64,000 nucleotides of DNA from positions 26,361-90,360 of the forward strand of contig JAANOX010000199.1 in NCBI GenBank assembly GCA_020184695.1, read 5' to 3'. The stretch is from Histomonas meleagridis 2922-C6/04-290x. Its lineage: Eukaryota; Protista; Parabasalia. Of the stretch, positions 53,499 to 64,000 are shown one piece after another. Under the pieces are notes generated by a model. It was not told where the DNA came from. It made no database searches and saw nothing but the letters and a program-made list of their open reading frames with translations. The translations under genes were made by a program, and so were the position numbers. The stretch's first letter is position 1. The number at the start of each line of letters is the position of its first letter.

Positions 53499-56400
53499 AT
53501 GAATGTTCAAAAATCAAGCGATGTGCAAAAAATACCAACAGATTTAGAATCATGGAAACAATGTCATACAAAGCAGATTTCAACTTTAAGAAAAAAGTTA
53601 TTAGTTTTAAATGATACTGAACTTTCATCTATTTTCTCAAATTGGGAAACACAAGTTAAAGAATTGTCAAGCAGTAGTCTACCAAATGATCAAATGGCAT
53701 GCATACAATTAATTTCACAGCTTCAATACTTTCATAATTCATTTGATCAAACACAAAGATTATTTCCAATTCTAAAATCTTTTGCAGGCTCAAAGATTAG
53801 ACTCATATGCCAGATTGCTGTTTATAATATTGTTCATTTAATGGATGAATCTTCTGATAATTTACCTTTTCTTAAAGAGATACTTGAAACAGCCAAACTT
53901 TATATAACCTCTAGTTACCGGAAGATCTATATTTATAATGCTCTACAAATATTACGTGAAGTAGGTCAATTTATTCCAACTGATGTTTTTAGTGTTACTC
54001 TTAGTCATTTCCCAGAAGTTTGGAGCTCTGTTTTATCTGAAGACAAAGAGCTTCGCGAAGTAGCTTATGATGTTGTAAAAATTCATATTCAATATGTCCC
54101 TTCACATACAGCCAATAACTTTGCAGATAGTCTCTTTATTGATTGTATCAATACTTTAAGTCATAAACAAAAAGAACAATATTGTGGTGCAATCATGGTA
54201 TGTCAAATTATTTATAAACATTATCCAAATTCCATCAAAACAAAGCAACTTTTTGATAAACTATTCGAAGTTTTCAAAGTTAATAGTGATGTTGCTCATG
54301 CATCATGTGAATTATTTTTAGATATATTTAAATCAGATCCAAGTTATTTCACACCTAATTTCACCACTCGAATTGTCAGCACACTTGTTCCAATTATATT
54401 ACAAACTCCTAAATCCGAATTAATTGAAATTTTGCGATCATTTGTTTTAGTTTTTGACAAATCTATTTTAGAAGTTAATTATATAATTGATTTTATTGGT
54501 GTTTTTTTAGCAGCATCTCATCAATGTAATAATGAAATATTTTCACTTTTATATACAATAATCAAAAAATATCCTGAAATCCCAATTCAACCAAAATTTT
54601 TTTCTAATGGTACACCATGTAAATATTATATAAAAGCATTAAAATATAAAAATTTATATACAAATGAAATCAAATCCAAATTCATTACATTTTTACAAGG
54701 AATTCAAAGTAATTCAACTGATCAAGAAAAAGAAACTTCTTTATTAATTATACAATATTTTGGTAATGATATTTATGATTTAAACACTATAATTGATAAA
54801 GTATTACAATTAAGTTATTCAAGTTCAACACAAATTCGTTTAACAGTCGTAAAAGCATTATCTACATTTAATAGTAAAAGATCAAAAGATGAATTAACAA
54901 AAATGGCATTATATGACTTATCTAAGTTTGTACGTATTTATGCAGTAAGGAATTTAAAAGCACCAATTCCACCTTCATTAATATCATCTTTATTATCAGA
55001 TAAATCATTTAAGTTACGAAGAGTAGGAATACCATTAATAGCTGAAACAGCTCGAATTTGTCCATTTAATACAATTCCTATTATTGAATTATTTTGTAAT
55101 AATAATATTCCTTCAGGAATTAATCAATTTAATTCATATTGTTCTAAAACTTGTTCATTATTACCTAAAGTTGCTAAATATTTTGTAGAATTTATGGATA
55201 GTTTCATCCCAAATATATTATGGGTTTGTTTATCATTTTTATTACCTGATAATTTAAATAATAATAATTTTACAAATCCTTTACAAGATTATGTTGATCA
55301 AATATTTTTAAAAATTAATTTTAAGAAAGAAATCGAATTTTCTGATAAAGATATTTATTTATATCGATTTTATCAAATCGAAAATGAAAAATGGACTGAG
55401 AAAAGAACAATTTCATTATTTAAAACTTTAGAAATTCTTTCAAATTATACAATTCCATTTTTAGATCAAATAATGCCAATTTATTTCCATGTTTTTTCTA
55501 TAAAACTTCATGATTCGATATATTTTGCGGCAATAGAATCTTTAACAAAGATTGTAACATCAAAAGAAATTAAATTTAATGTTTTATCTAAATTCCCTAA
55601 ACTTGGAACATGTTTAATACATTTATTAGGTAAGAAAAGTTGTTCTAATTCATTAATTACATCAATTTTAAAACTCGTAGGTAATTTAGGTATATCAAAT
55701 CCTGATTTAATTGGAATAGATAATGAAAATAATACTGTTGAAAATATGTTTTCTACAAAGAATTCATATTTTTCGAATTTCATTTTGACTCAATTAACTC
55801 AAATGTTATCAAAAGAATCTTCTCCAAGTTTATTTGAAGCTATTTCTATAATATTTTATTATGAAGTTGATTATGCTATACCATTTTTAAAGCCTGTTTT
55901 AAATGGTTTTATTGATGCATTACAAATTAATGAAGATAAATCAACATTATTTAATGAATTAGAATTAATTATCATAAAATGTAATTCTCATATAGTACCA
56001 TATCTTGATATATTAACACCAATTTTAAAGAATTATATTTATGATTTACAATGTTTAAGAGTTGCTTTAGCTTTATCATATTATTTAAATGAAGAATTTT
56101 CTAATGTATCTTCACAATTATATATTTTAATTTTCCATTATATAAATACTAAAGATTTAACATATTTTAAAACTTTAATACAATTTATAACATTTTCAAT
56201 ATATTTCCAACATCAAAGTTTTGATATTTATTTAGAATCTATTGAAAACAATTTTAGTAATTCAGATTTAGATAAATTAAATATAATTTTAATGTCATTA
56301 GTAATGTTAATTCAAACATATTCAACAGAAATTAATACGTCACGAATTACACAATTATGTTTATATTTATTATTAAATAATAATACACAATTAAATCAAT

Positions 56401-59400
56401 TAAATAATTTGGTACAACTTTGTTATAGTTTAATTATTTATTGTAATGTACCTTTTTATGTATTTGAACAATTTTGTAAATATAATAACATTAAAATTGA
56501 AAATTTAGACAAATTTAATAAAATTAACTCAACAAATATTTCATTAGAACAATTTCCATTTGTTAAAAAAATACCATTAGAATTACAATTTGATCATTTA
56601 AATTATTTAACAAATTCAGTAATTTCAATAACTTCTGATATATTTAAAGAAGTACCTAATCCTGTTTATAATAATTCAGTACAATGGGTTGAAGATTTAT
56701 GTGTAAGAGTTGTACAAAATTCTCCTCAACCTTCAATTAGAAGTTGTTTAAGTGTAATGAATCAATCATTATCATTTCGTAATGTATTATTAAATGTCGC
56801 ATTTTTATCATGTTGGAAAGAAGCTTCACTTGAAGATCAAATTAAATTTTCAAAAAAAATCGAAATGATTTTAAAAGATTTCGAAAAGAAAGATCCAAAT
56901 TTAATAAATTTAGCAGACTTCTTAATTAAAAGTGGTTATCCATTCCAAATTCCAGATGATTTATTAGCACAATCTTGTAGTTCTACAGCTTCTTCATTAT
57001 TTTATTTACAAAGACATCATCAAGAACATCCTACAAATTTAAATACAATCGAAAGTTTATTAAAACTTAATTCAAGAATGGGACGATTTGAATCTGCTCG
57101 AGGTTTACTAACAGCTGTAAGTAATATTGTAAATCATGAAGATATAGGTAATTGGTTCACTGAATTAGGTGAATGGGATAAAGCATTAGAAATATATAAA
57201 TCACAAAAAGAAAGTGATATCAATTGTTTTTTAAAGTGTTATGCACATTTAGAATTATGGGAAAATATTCGTCAAAACATTCATTCGTTTGATTTAATGA
57301 ATGAAAAAGATAAACATAATAATGCAATATGGTTTGCATGGGCATTTTATCATTCACATGATTATGATAAAGTTAATCAATTCGTTTCATATATTAAAGA
57401 TAATAATGACTTAAAATCAATTTTATTTCAAGCATTATTTTTAATATCTTCTGGTAAATATGATGAAGCAGAAAAATATATATTAAAAGGTTTTGATCAA
57501 TTAACTAATGAAAGATATGTTTTTAATTTATCAAATGAAAATAAGGCATCGAAAATTCTTGTGTATTCTCAATATTTTATAGAGTTACAAGAAGTTTTAA
57601 CAATGAAACAACATAAATTAAAAGAAGTACCAAAAGTTTGGCAATATCGATTACAAAATTTATCACGAGAAAGTGATGCATGGACAAAATTGATTGAAAT
57701 TCGTTCATTAGTTTTATCTCCTGCAGAACATATTGATGCATATTTAAAGATGTTATCTATCTTAAGGAAAGAAAGAAAATGGGGTTTAATCGATGCTTAT
57801 TATGCACGATTTTTTTCGGAACAAAAAACACCAGATATATTAATATCGCAATTAAAAATCAAATGGGAACATGGCGAAAAAGAAAAAGCAGAACATTTAA
57901 TAGGTAATTTAAATTTAATATTAAATGTTCCTAATTTTAATATATTAAATCTTGATGAAGAATCTCAAAAACTTTTCTCGAATTTAAACGTTTCTAAATT
58001 AACGAAAAAACAAAAAGCTCGTTTATTAAGGATTCATGCGAATTGGAGATTCCAACTTAAAAAGAATGATCCAAATTCATTAAAAGAATTATGTGAAATA
58101 TTTAATAAATCAATTTCTTTAATATCTAATGATTATAGAACTTGGGTCGGTTGGGCTTATGCTAATAGTTCCGTATTAAATTTAGTTTCAAAAGATAATC
58201 AACAATATGTATTAAATGCAATTCAAGGATTCTTAAAAGCAACACATTTAAATCAATCAAATTTCTTGGAATATCTTTGTCAAATGTTTTCCATCTTCTT
58301 TAGATATGGTGAAGATGTTCAATTCCCAAACGAAATTTCTAATGAAATGTTTAATTTACCTCCTCAAATTTTAATAGAAATTATCCCTCAAATTGTGGCA
58401 CATATTGCAAGTAAAGGAACTTTCGTAAAACAAGCAGTGGCTCACATAATAGAAACTTTTGGCAAAGACCATTTTCAAGCGGTTTTTTACCCTTTAAACG
58501 TTTTATGTTTACTCGACGACGATGAAAAGTCAACGATAGCTTTATCGTTGATCGACCGTTTAAAAGTGAGCCATGAAAAAGAATATAGTGATTTATGTTT
58601 ATTAGTAAATGGAATGAGGCGAACTGCTATATCAATCCATGAACAATGGCTAAATGCAATTGATCATATTTTTCATTCACCGAATAATTATGATTCTATA
58701 ATTCGGACAATATCAAAATTGATTCAAATTAATCGAAACCCTAAATGTGAAAACGATAGGGAATTTGTTCATACATTTTCTCATTCATTACAAAAAATTA
58801 GTGTATTATTTGAACGATTTATAGCTAAAGATAAAACAACTATATCACAATTTTATGATGAACTTAAATCATTTCGACATAAATTAGAATGCAAATTAAA
58901 GAAGACTGATTTTATTCAATTAGAAAATTTCACATCCTCATTAAGTCATAAACGTAATTTCTTAATTGCAATACCAGGTACATATTCCGTCAACTTAAAA
59001 TATCCACAATTATATTATATTGAGCCAGTTTTACAAGTATTATTTTCACAACAACGACCACGATGTGTTGTAATGGTTGATGATTCTGGTAATAAATGGA
59101 AATATTTACTTAAAGGTAATGAAGATTTACGCTTGGATAGTCGAATCATGCAATTATTTACCTTAATTAATTCCTTATTACAAAAATATCGATTTACATT
59201 AACACATTCATTAAGTGTTGTCCAATACTCAATTATACCATTTGCTCCAAATGTAGGATTTATTTCATGGGTAACAGGATCGGACACATTACAACAACTT
59301 GTAGTTGATTTCCGACAACATCGACGTATTCCACGAACACTTGAGCGAGATATCTCTAACAAAATCATTGGCGACATTTATAATTCATTAACAAGTATCC

Positions 59401-60035
59401 AACGTATTGAAATCTTTTATAAAATCAAGAAGCATACGAATGCTAATGAACTAAGAGAACTTTTATGGTTACGTTCACCAACTCCAACGATTTGGTTACA
59501 AAGAAATCATAACTTTACTGTGTCGACTGCTTTGATGTCTATGGCTGGTTATGTCATTGGTTTAGGAGATCGACATCCATCGAATATAATGATACAAAGA
59601 CACACCGGACGTGTGATACATATCGACTTTGGAGATTCTTTCGAGGTGACAATGTCAAGAACTTTCTTCCCTGAAAGAGTTCCTTTCCGTATGACGCGAA
59701 TGATACAGAACGCTTTGGACGGAGGCAGAGTCGAAGGTTTGTTCAGGAGATACTGCAAAGACGTAATGAGAGTACTACGAGAAAACCAAAGTTCAATAAT
59801 CGCACAGTTGGAGGTGTTCATGCACGAGCCAATTTTCTCCGAAAGAAAAGTGATGAATGATAGTAAGAAGGTGCTGGATAGAGTCGCTGCGAAATTGGAA
59901 GGATTGGACCCTGTCGAAGAAGGTAATGAAAATTGTAGATTAAGAGTGGGAAAACAAGTGGATAAATTAATAGAAATAGCAAAAGACGAAAATTTGTATA
60001 TTAGACATTACATGGGATGGTGCCCGTTTTGGTGA
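53499..60035 (+). CDS. TOR: TOR-family PIKK kinase (HEAT, FAT, FRB, kinase, FATC)
   Basis: SKQRPR-like SQQRPR, YLLKGNEDLRLD.RIMQLF.L.N, SMAGYVIGLGDRHPSN, HIDFGD.FEV...R..FPERVPFRMTRM, C-terminal YMGWCPFW. Confidence 0.95.
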   Translation: MNVQKSSDVQKIPTDLESWKQCHTKQISTLRKKLLVLNDTELSSIFSNWETQVKELSSSSLPNDQMACIQLISQLQYFHNSFDQTQRLFPILKSFAGSKIRLICQIAVYNIVHLMDESSDNLPFLKEILETAKLYITSSYRKIYIYNALQILREVGQFIPTDVFSVTLSHFPEVWSSVLSEDKELREVAYDVVKIHIQYVPSHTANNFADSLFIDCINTLSHKQKEQYCGAIMVCQIIYKHYPNSIKTKQLFDKLFEVFKVNSDVAHASCELFLDIFKSDPSYFTPNFTTRIVSTLVPIILQTPKSELIEILRSFVLVFDKSILEVNYIIDFIGVFLAASHQCNNEIFSLLYTIIKKYPEIPIQPKFFSNGTPCKYYIKALKYKNLYTNEIKSKFITFLQGIQSNSTDQEKETSLLIIQYFGNDIYDLNTIIDKVLQLSYSSSTQIRLTVVKALSTFNSKRSKDELTKMALYDLSKFVRIYAVRNLKAPIPPSLISSLLSDKSFKLRRVGIPLIAETARICPFNTIPIIELFCNNNIPSGINQFNSYCSKTCSLLPKVAKYFVEFMDSFIPNILWVCLSFLLPDNLNNNNFTNPLQDYVDQIFLKINFKKEIEFSDKDIYLYRFYQIENEKWTEKRTISLFKTLEILSNYTIPFLDQIMPIYFHVFSIKLHDSIYFAAIESLTKIVTSKEIKFNVLSKFPKLGTCLIHLLGKKSCSNSLITSILKLVGNLGISNPDLIGIDNENNTVENMFSTKNSYFSNFILTQLTQMLSKESSPSLFEAISIIFYYEVDYAIPFLKPVLNGFIDALQINEDKSTLFNELELIIIKCNSHIVPYLDILTPILKNYIYDLQCLRVALALSYYLNEEFSNVSSQLYILIFHYINTKDLTYFKTLIQFITFSIYFQHQSFDIYLESIENNFSNSDLDKLNIILMSLVMLIQTYSTEINTSRITQLCLYLLLNNNTQLNQLNNLVQLCYSLIIYCNVPFYVFEQFCKYNNIKIENLDKFNKINSTNISLEQFPFVKKIPLELQFDHLNYLTNSVISITSDIFKEVPNPVYNNSVQWVEDLCVRVVQNSPQPSIRSCLSVMNQSLSFRNVLLNVAFLSCWKEASLEDQIKFSKKIEMILKDFEKKDPNLINLADFLIKSGYPFQIPDDLLAQSCSSTASSLFYLQRHHQEHPTNLNTIESLLKLNSRMGRFESARGLLTAVSNIVNHEDIGNWFTELGEWDKALEIYKSQKESDINCFLKCYAHLELWENIRQNIHSFDLMNEKDKHNNAIWFAWAFYHSHDYDKVNQFVSYIKDNNDLKSILFQALFLISSGKYDEAEKYILKGFDQLTNERYVFNLSNENKASKILVYSQYFIELQEVLTMKQHKLKEVPKVWQYRLQNLSRESDAWTKLIEIRSLVLSPAEHIDAYLKMLSILRKERKWGLIDAYYARFFSEQKTPDILISQLKIKWEHGEKEKAEHLIGNLNLILNVPNFNILNLDEESQKLFSNLNVSKLTKKQKARLLRIHANWRFQLKKNDPNSLKELCEIFNKSISLISNDYRTWVGWAYANSSVLNLVSKDNQQYVLNAIQGFLKATHLNQSNFLEYLCQMFSIFFRYGEDVQFPNEISNEMFNLPPQILIEIIPQIVAHIASKGTFVKQAVAHIIETFGKDHFQAVFYPLNVLCLLDDDEKSTIALSLIDRLKVSHEKEYSDLCLLVNGMRRTAISIHEQWLNAIDHIFHSPNNYDSIIRTISKLIQINRNPKCENDREFVHTFSHSLQKISVLFERFIAKDKTTISQFYDELKSFRHKLECKLKKTDFIQLENFTSSLSHKRNFLIAIPGTYSVNLKYPQLYYIEPVLQVLFSQQRPRCVVMVDDSGNKWKYLLKGNEDLRLDSRIMQLFTLINSLLQKYRFTLTHSLSVVQYSIIPFAPNVGFISWVTGSDTLQQLVVDFRQHRRIPRTLERDISNKIIGDIYNSLTSIQRIEIFYKIKKHTNANELRELLWLRSPTPTIWLQRNHNFTVSTALMSMAGYVIGLGDRHPSNIMIQRHTGRVIHIDFGDSFEVTMSRTFFPERVPFRMTRMIQNALDGGRVEGLFRRYCKDVMRVLRENQSSIIAQLEVFMHEPIFSERKVMNDSKKVLDRVAAKLEGLDPVEEGNENCRLRVGKQVDKLIEIAKDENLYIRHYMGWCPFW

Positions 60036-60303
60036 AATAATTGTTATTTGTTTTAATTTCATATTAAACAATCGGATTTTTTATGATTTTTGTAGCAGAA
60101 AATACAAAAAGATCGAGAGCTTGCACTTTAATCAAAATGTATTTCTATTCATTGTGATAAAAAATCACCAAGAGCACCACTAAAATGTGTTGTCATGCTA
60201 TCCATCAACAAATGTTTTATCATTAAGGTGCTCATGCTTTGAATAATGAACGATCAAATCAAAATTGATTTATTGTCACTTTTTATGTGCTTTACCAAAA
60301 GTG

Positions 60304-60672
60304 ATGTCTGGGAATGAAAAAGCAATCCAAGCACTAATTACTCTTTTAAGTCAACTTAATGACGGAATGTCAATATTGGAACATTTTGAGGAACAAAAAA
60401 GAATAGATCTATATACTAAACTTTCAGATATTGTTGAATCTTTCAAAAAATTGCAAATAATTTCACATGAAAATGTCACAGGATCTGTACCAACTGAGCT
60501 TATTGAACTCCTTGATGCAGGTGAGAACCCTGATGATTTTGCAAAAAAGATGGTTGAAGAATGTCAAAAAATTGCACAGAATATTGAAAAAAAGCAGAAC
60601 TGGATGCAATATTTGAAAGACAACCTCGACGAGCTTATTTCATTAAATTTTCCAGATGTCACACCAGAATAA
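60304..60672 (+). CDS. MED10: Mediator subunit 10 (copy 2)
   Basis: GSVPTELIELLDAGENPDDFAKKMVE...LKDNLDELISLNFP; paralogue of 10768-11127. Confidence 0.85.
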   Translation: MSGNEKAIQALITLLSQLNDGMSILEHFEEQKRIDLYTKLSDIVESFKKLQIISHENVTGSVPTELIELLDAGENPDDFAKKMVEECQKIAQNIEKKQNWMQYLKDNLDELISLNFPDVTPE

Positions 60673-60778
60673 ATAATATTTGAATATACCAAATAAACAT
60701 AAAATTAAACATTTTTTAATGACCTAACCAATAAATCTCTTATGTTATAAAACGTTTACTTCGACTAATCGAACATAT

Positions 60779-61519
60779 TTAATCCCAATCATTTGATTTA
60801 TCTGAATCAACATCATATGGATTTTGGGGCATCTCATTGCTGTAGTCCATATTTGGTTGTGGCGTTGCAGCAGGAGCAGCATTGTCTTGTTGGATTGCTT
60901 GCATTTCGATTTCTTCTGGGGTTAATTCATGATGTGTGGTATCAAAGTGTGTACCTGTGTCATGTTGCCCTGTTTGGTTTTCTTGGCGTAAGTCATTTGG
61001 TTTAGACATAGATATGAAGCAACAATCACAAAAATTAAAGAAAAACACTATAAGTACTACAACAACAGAGACTGCAATTATTACTCCTGCATGTATGTAT
61101 TGGTCTTTAAAATTAGGAACAACGTAATTTGTATTTGTTTGAACAACCCAATATGTTTCTGTTTGAGTATAATATGGGGAAAGATAATATGATTCAGTGT
61201 ATGTACGGCTTATGGTGTCAGCAGTAGATATATTGACAATAGTAAAAGTACGAGTAGGTATATAAATATAACCTTGGGTATTTGTATATACTACAATCCA
61301 TGCATCACTATTGTAAACGTCGTATTTAATGCTAGTGTTAGACTCACTTGATATGTTGTAAGTAGGAAAATGTACAAGATCTGGTGTTGCAAAGACTTCA
61401 TTAGAGATAAATTCATTTAAATCAATTTCATGACTTCTTCCTTTAAGAGCGTTGAGAGATGAAATGCTAATTGGTGATTTTTGGGAAGAAGCGCAAAGAG
61501 AGATAAGGAAGCATAACAT
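60779..61519 (-). CDS. Type I single-pass membrane protein
   Basis: Signal peptide, Thr/Tyr-rich ectodomain, TM AGVIIAVSVVVVLIVFFF, juxtamembrane CDCC, acidic tail with NPY. Confidence 0.8.
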   Translation of the reverse strand: MLCFLISLCASSQKSPISISSLNALKGRSHEIDLNEFISNEVFATPDLVHFPTYNISSESNTSIKYDVYNSDAWIVVYTNTQGYIYIPTRTFTIVNISTADTISRTYTESYYLSPYYTQTETYWVVQTNTNYVVPNFKDQYIHAGVIIAVSVVVVLIVFFFNFCDCCFISMSKPNDLRQENQTGQHDTGTHFDTTHHELTPEEIEMQAIQQDNAAPAATPQPNMDYSNEMPQNPYDVDSDKSNDWD

Positions 61520-61634
61520 AACGGTTTATAATTTAACGGTTATTTGAGTGCAAAAGCAGTTATTTCTGAGAAATCAGCATGAGAAGCGTTATTATCATAA
61601 ACGGCCTCCATATTTCACATAGCATGTCATATCA

Positions 61635-63248
61635 ATGAACAATAATTTACCACCTTTTGTTGTAAAATTACTTCAAAAAAGAAATATACAAATAACACCA
61701 ATCGAAAATGGAAAACAACCACGAAGGTTCCTAAACACAAAATCGCAAACAACATTAGACCAATCAATAGAAAATCTTATTCAATCAAGAACATATACAA
61801 ACATATGTCGTTCATATGATAGTTTCCTTGGTGTCACATTCAAGGCACCTATGATTCTTCAACTTGATTTTATGCAATTCATTTTTCCTTTTTTTATACA
61901 TCTTGCGTATCAACTTTATCAACTTCACAAAGATGATGATGCACGCAATTTCATTCAAAGGTATAAACATATTCAACCCACTCAATGTCATGAAGAAATT
62001 GATGAAATGTTAGCAAATGGGATCAACTATAAACCGCCTCACTTTGATATTCAAATGAATCATATGGCATTTGAAGATCTTATGCGTATCATTGAAAGTC
62101 GCAAGCAAGCACTTTTATCATTTATCATCACAACGTTTATCAACATTACCATATCACCAAACAATAACCATCCACTATTATATGTTGACATATGCAATTG
62201 GGGGTCAATGACTGAACCAATTCTTACGCCTATAGCAGAAAATGACATTTATATCAAACCAATGAGCGTTTTATTTCATCCCGAATTAACACTTCCACCA
62301 TCAGTTACAAACGTTGACAGTTCTATATATCTTACACAAACACTTCCCGACGTATCACATGTTGTTGCATATAATCATAACAATCGAATTTCATATATGA
62401 AAGTTTCACTATGTTCACGCCTTGTAATCATAGGACGTGATTCAAGTGTTTGTTTAACCCCATTAGATAGTAACATACGATTATTTAATGATAAGCCTAA
62501 CTCGCCATTAATATCACATTCGGGCCGAGTACTTAATGCAGACATAACACGTGATTCGCGCATGATAGTTTCATGTGGAACTGATTGCCAAATACGTGTA
62601 GCACATGTTGAAGCGTTTCGTCCTATAGCACATTATAAAATGCATGCAGAGCCTGTGGTAAGTGTTGCATGGGATAAACGAAATGAATTCTTTGCTGGCG
62701 CTTCACGTGATCGAACTATTTCATTATGGTCATTACGTTCGCCAAATGTTTTACGTTTGTTCATAGGCCATACATTACCTATTAACAAAGTGATTTTTTC
62801 ACAAGATACTCGAAATATTATATCATGCGCAAATGATTTAACTATGAGAGTTTGGGATATCGCAAGTGGAAATCAAACAGCAATGTTTAGTTGCGGGAGA
62901 TCTCCACCGATAGCGTTGGATGTAAGTCCAAATAATAATTTGGTCGCGTGCGGTTGTGAAAATGGTAATGTAATTTTATGGAGTATGGAAAAAGGTGTTA
63001 AAGTTTGGGATGTTAACGAGTTCGGTTCTCCTGTTTCAGACTTAAAGTTCACAAACGATGGATCGGTGCTGTTGGCAAGTTCAATATCAGGCGCTTTGTG
63101 CGCGTGGAATGTTCATGATAATAATAATAACAGCGAATGCGTATTGAAAACAGACGCAATTGCTTCAACTATAGATTCAATAACTGTGACAAATCGGAAT
63201 TTGGTTTGTACAGCTGGAAGATCTATAAGAGGTGGAATAATAATATAA
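61635..63248 (+). CDS. TAF5: TAF5-like protein (TFIID NTD2 + WD40 repeats)
   Basis: FIFPFFIHL...ARNFIQRYK..Q NTD2-like segment; WD40s with LRLFIGH...V.FS...I.S.A.D..MRVWD. Confidence 0.75.
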   Translation: MNNNLPPFVVKLLQKRNIQITPIENGKQPRRFLNTKSQTTLDQSIENLIQSRTYTNICRSYDSFLGVTFKAPMILQLDFMQFIFPFFIHLAYQLYQLHKDDDARNFIQRYKHIQPTQCHEEIDEMLANGINYKPPHFDIQMNHMAFEDLMRIIESRKQALLSFIITTFINITISPNNNHPLLYVDICNWGSMTEPILTPIAENDIYIKPMSVLFHPELTLPPSVTNVDSSIYLTQTLPDVSHVVAYNHNNRISYMKVSLCSRLVIIGRDSSVCLTPLDSNIRLFNDKPNSPLISHSGRVLNADITRDSRMIVSCGTDCQIRVAHVEAFRPIAHYKMHAEPVVSVAWDKRNEFFAGASRDRTISLWSLRSPNVLRLFIGHTLPINKVIFSQDTRNIISCANDLTMRVWDIASGNQTAMFSCGRSPPIALDVSPNNNLVACGCENGNVILWSMEKGVKVWDVNEFGSPVSDLKFTNDGSVLLASSISGALCAWNVHDNNNNSECVLKTDAIASTIDSITVTNRNLVCTAGRSIRGGIII

Positions 63249-63865
63249 TGTAATAAAGGTTTTTTATATAAAGTTCTGAATCATTACCACAATTTGAGAG
63301 ATGTAGCGCTCAGGAAAATGTTATTGTAAATAATACCGGAAAAAATAACCAGTTTGCACATTCCCTAAATAATGATGCGAATGATCGAATTATTACAAAA
63401 TGTCAAAATTTGCAAATTTTAATGATCTTTAAAATACTTGAGATACAAATATTCGACATTCTATGTAATATTGTTGACTTCTCCGAATATTAGTCAACAC
63501 ATACCACCGTTTCATGATAGATTTATTCTGAAATTGTTTTTGAGAACGATATGTGCTGATTGAGTGATTTTTATTCGTCCATTCATTCAAATTTGACTTC
63601 GAACCGCTTGAACATGTAAAAATATCAACTGATTGAGAAAAAAATTATTTATTTCTCACCTAAAATTTATTTTTTACCCAGTGCAAAAAATAAATCCATA
63701 CTTTTATAAATTATTAGTTGTGCTTTTCTATATTTATTAATTTTAAAATTCTGAATGAAAATAATAATAATAATATGTTATTAGTGCATTCAAAAAGTCA
63801 TGATACATTCAAAAAGCGAGCTTGCTATCACATTACTATAGACAATGTAGGTAGGTATATAATGC

Positions 63866-63942
63866 GGTCGGGAATGATCACGAGGACCCTAGGGGACCCG
63901 CCCCCGGCGGGTCCCCTAGGGTCCTCGTGATCATTCCCGACC
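63866..63942. repeat. Perfect 37-bp inverted repeat with a 3-nt spacer (CCC)
   Basis: Left arm 63866-63902 GGTCGGGAATGATCACGAGGACCCTAGGGGACCCGCC is the exact reverse complement of 63906-63942. Confidence 0.97.
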
Positions 63943-64000
63943 TTAAGTTTTCACTCGGGGGATTGGAGGGGTCTGAGGCCTCCGGAGGTGCCCTTCGGAC

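Noticed and set aside
63866-64000. Terminal GC-rich region as an rRNA or tRNA fragment
   Set aside because: No rRNA or tRNA signature; a perfect palindrome is not typical of these RNAs.

Overview
AT-rich eukaryotic DNA, most likely from a parabasalid (Tritrichomonas/Trichomonas-like). This is inferred from DUF3447-ankyrin, BspA-like LRR, PMP-like and expanded Myb genes, TCA(C/T)W Inr-like motifs, TAAA signals overlapping stop codons, and housekeeping genes with no canonical introns. Compact clusters of housekeeping genes (RPS20, RPS2, RPN6, two MED10, SF3A2, importin-beta, XPO7, ABCE1-like, PITP, VPS34, actin-like, TOR, TAF5, tRNA-Phe) alternate with decayed islands of BspA, transposase and surface-protein remnants. 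The main discovery is a set of about 19 AT-rich intervening sequences at three separate ankyrin loci (3352-4451 +, about 8200-8570 -, 31773-35570 -), all at the same position, the ankyrin beta-hairpin. Most span exactly 77 nt between anchor codons, so removing 68 nt restores the repeat. They contain stops or frameshifts, share a TG(G) motif 21 nt before the downstream anchor codon, and have no usable GT-AG pair. The 13 internal coding segments of the large gene are each exactly 93 nt and free of stops. This points to an unrecognised non-canonical intron, bypass or excision system; the mechanism cannot be determined from DNA alone. Other highlights: a pyrophosphatase homologue lacking its catalytic residues, an ABCE1 homologue whose defects all map to one ATPase site, and a perfect 37-bp GC-rich palindrome at the right end. 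Family assignments come from motif recognition by eye; no database searches were run.
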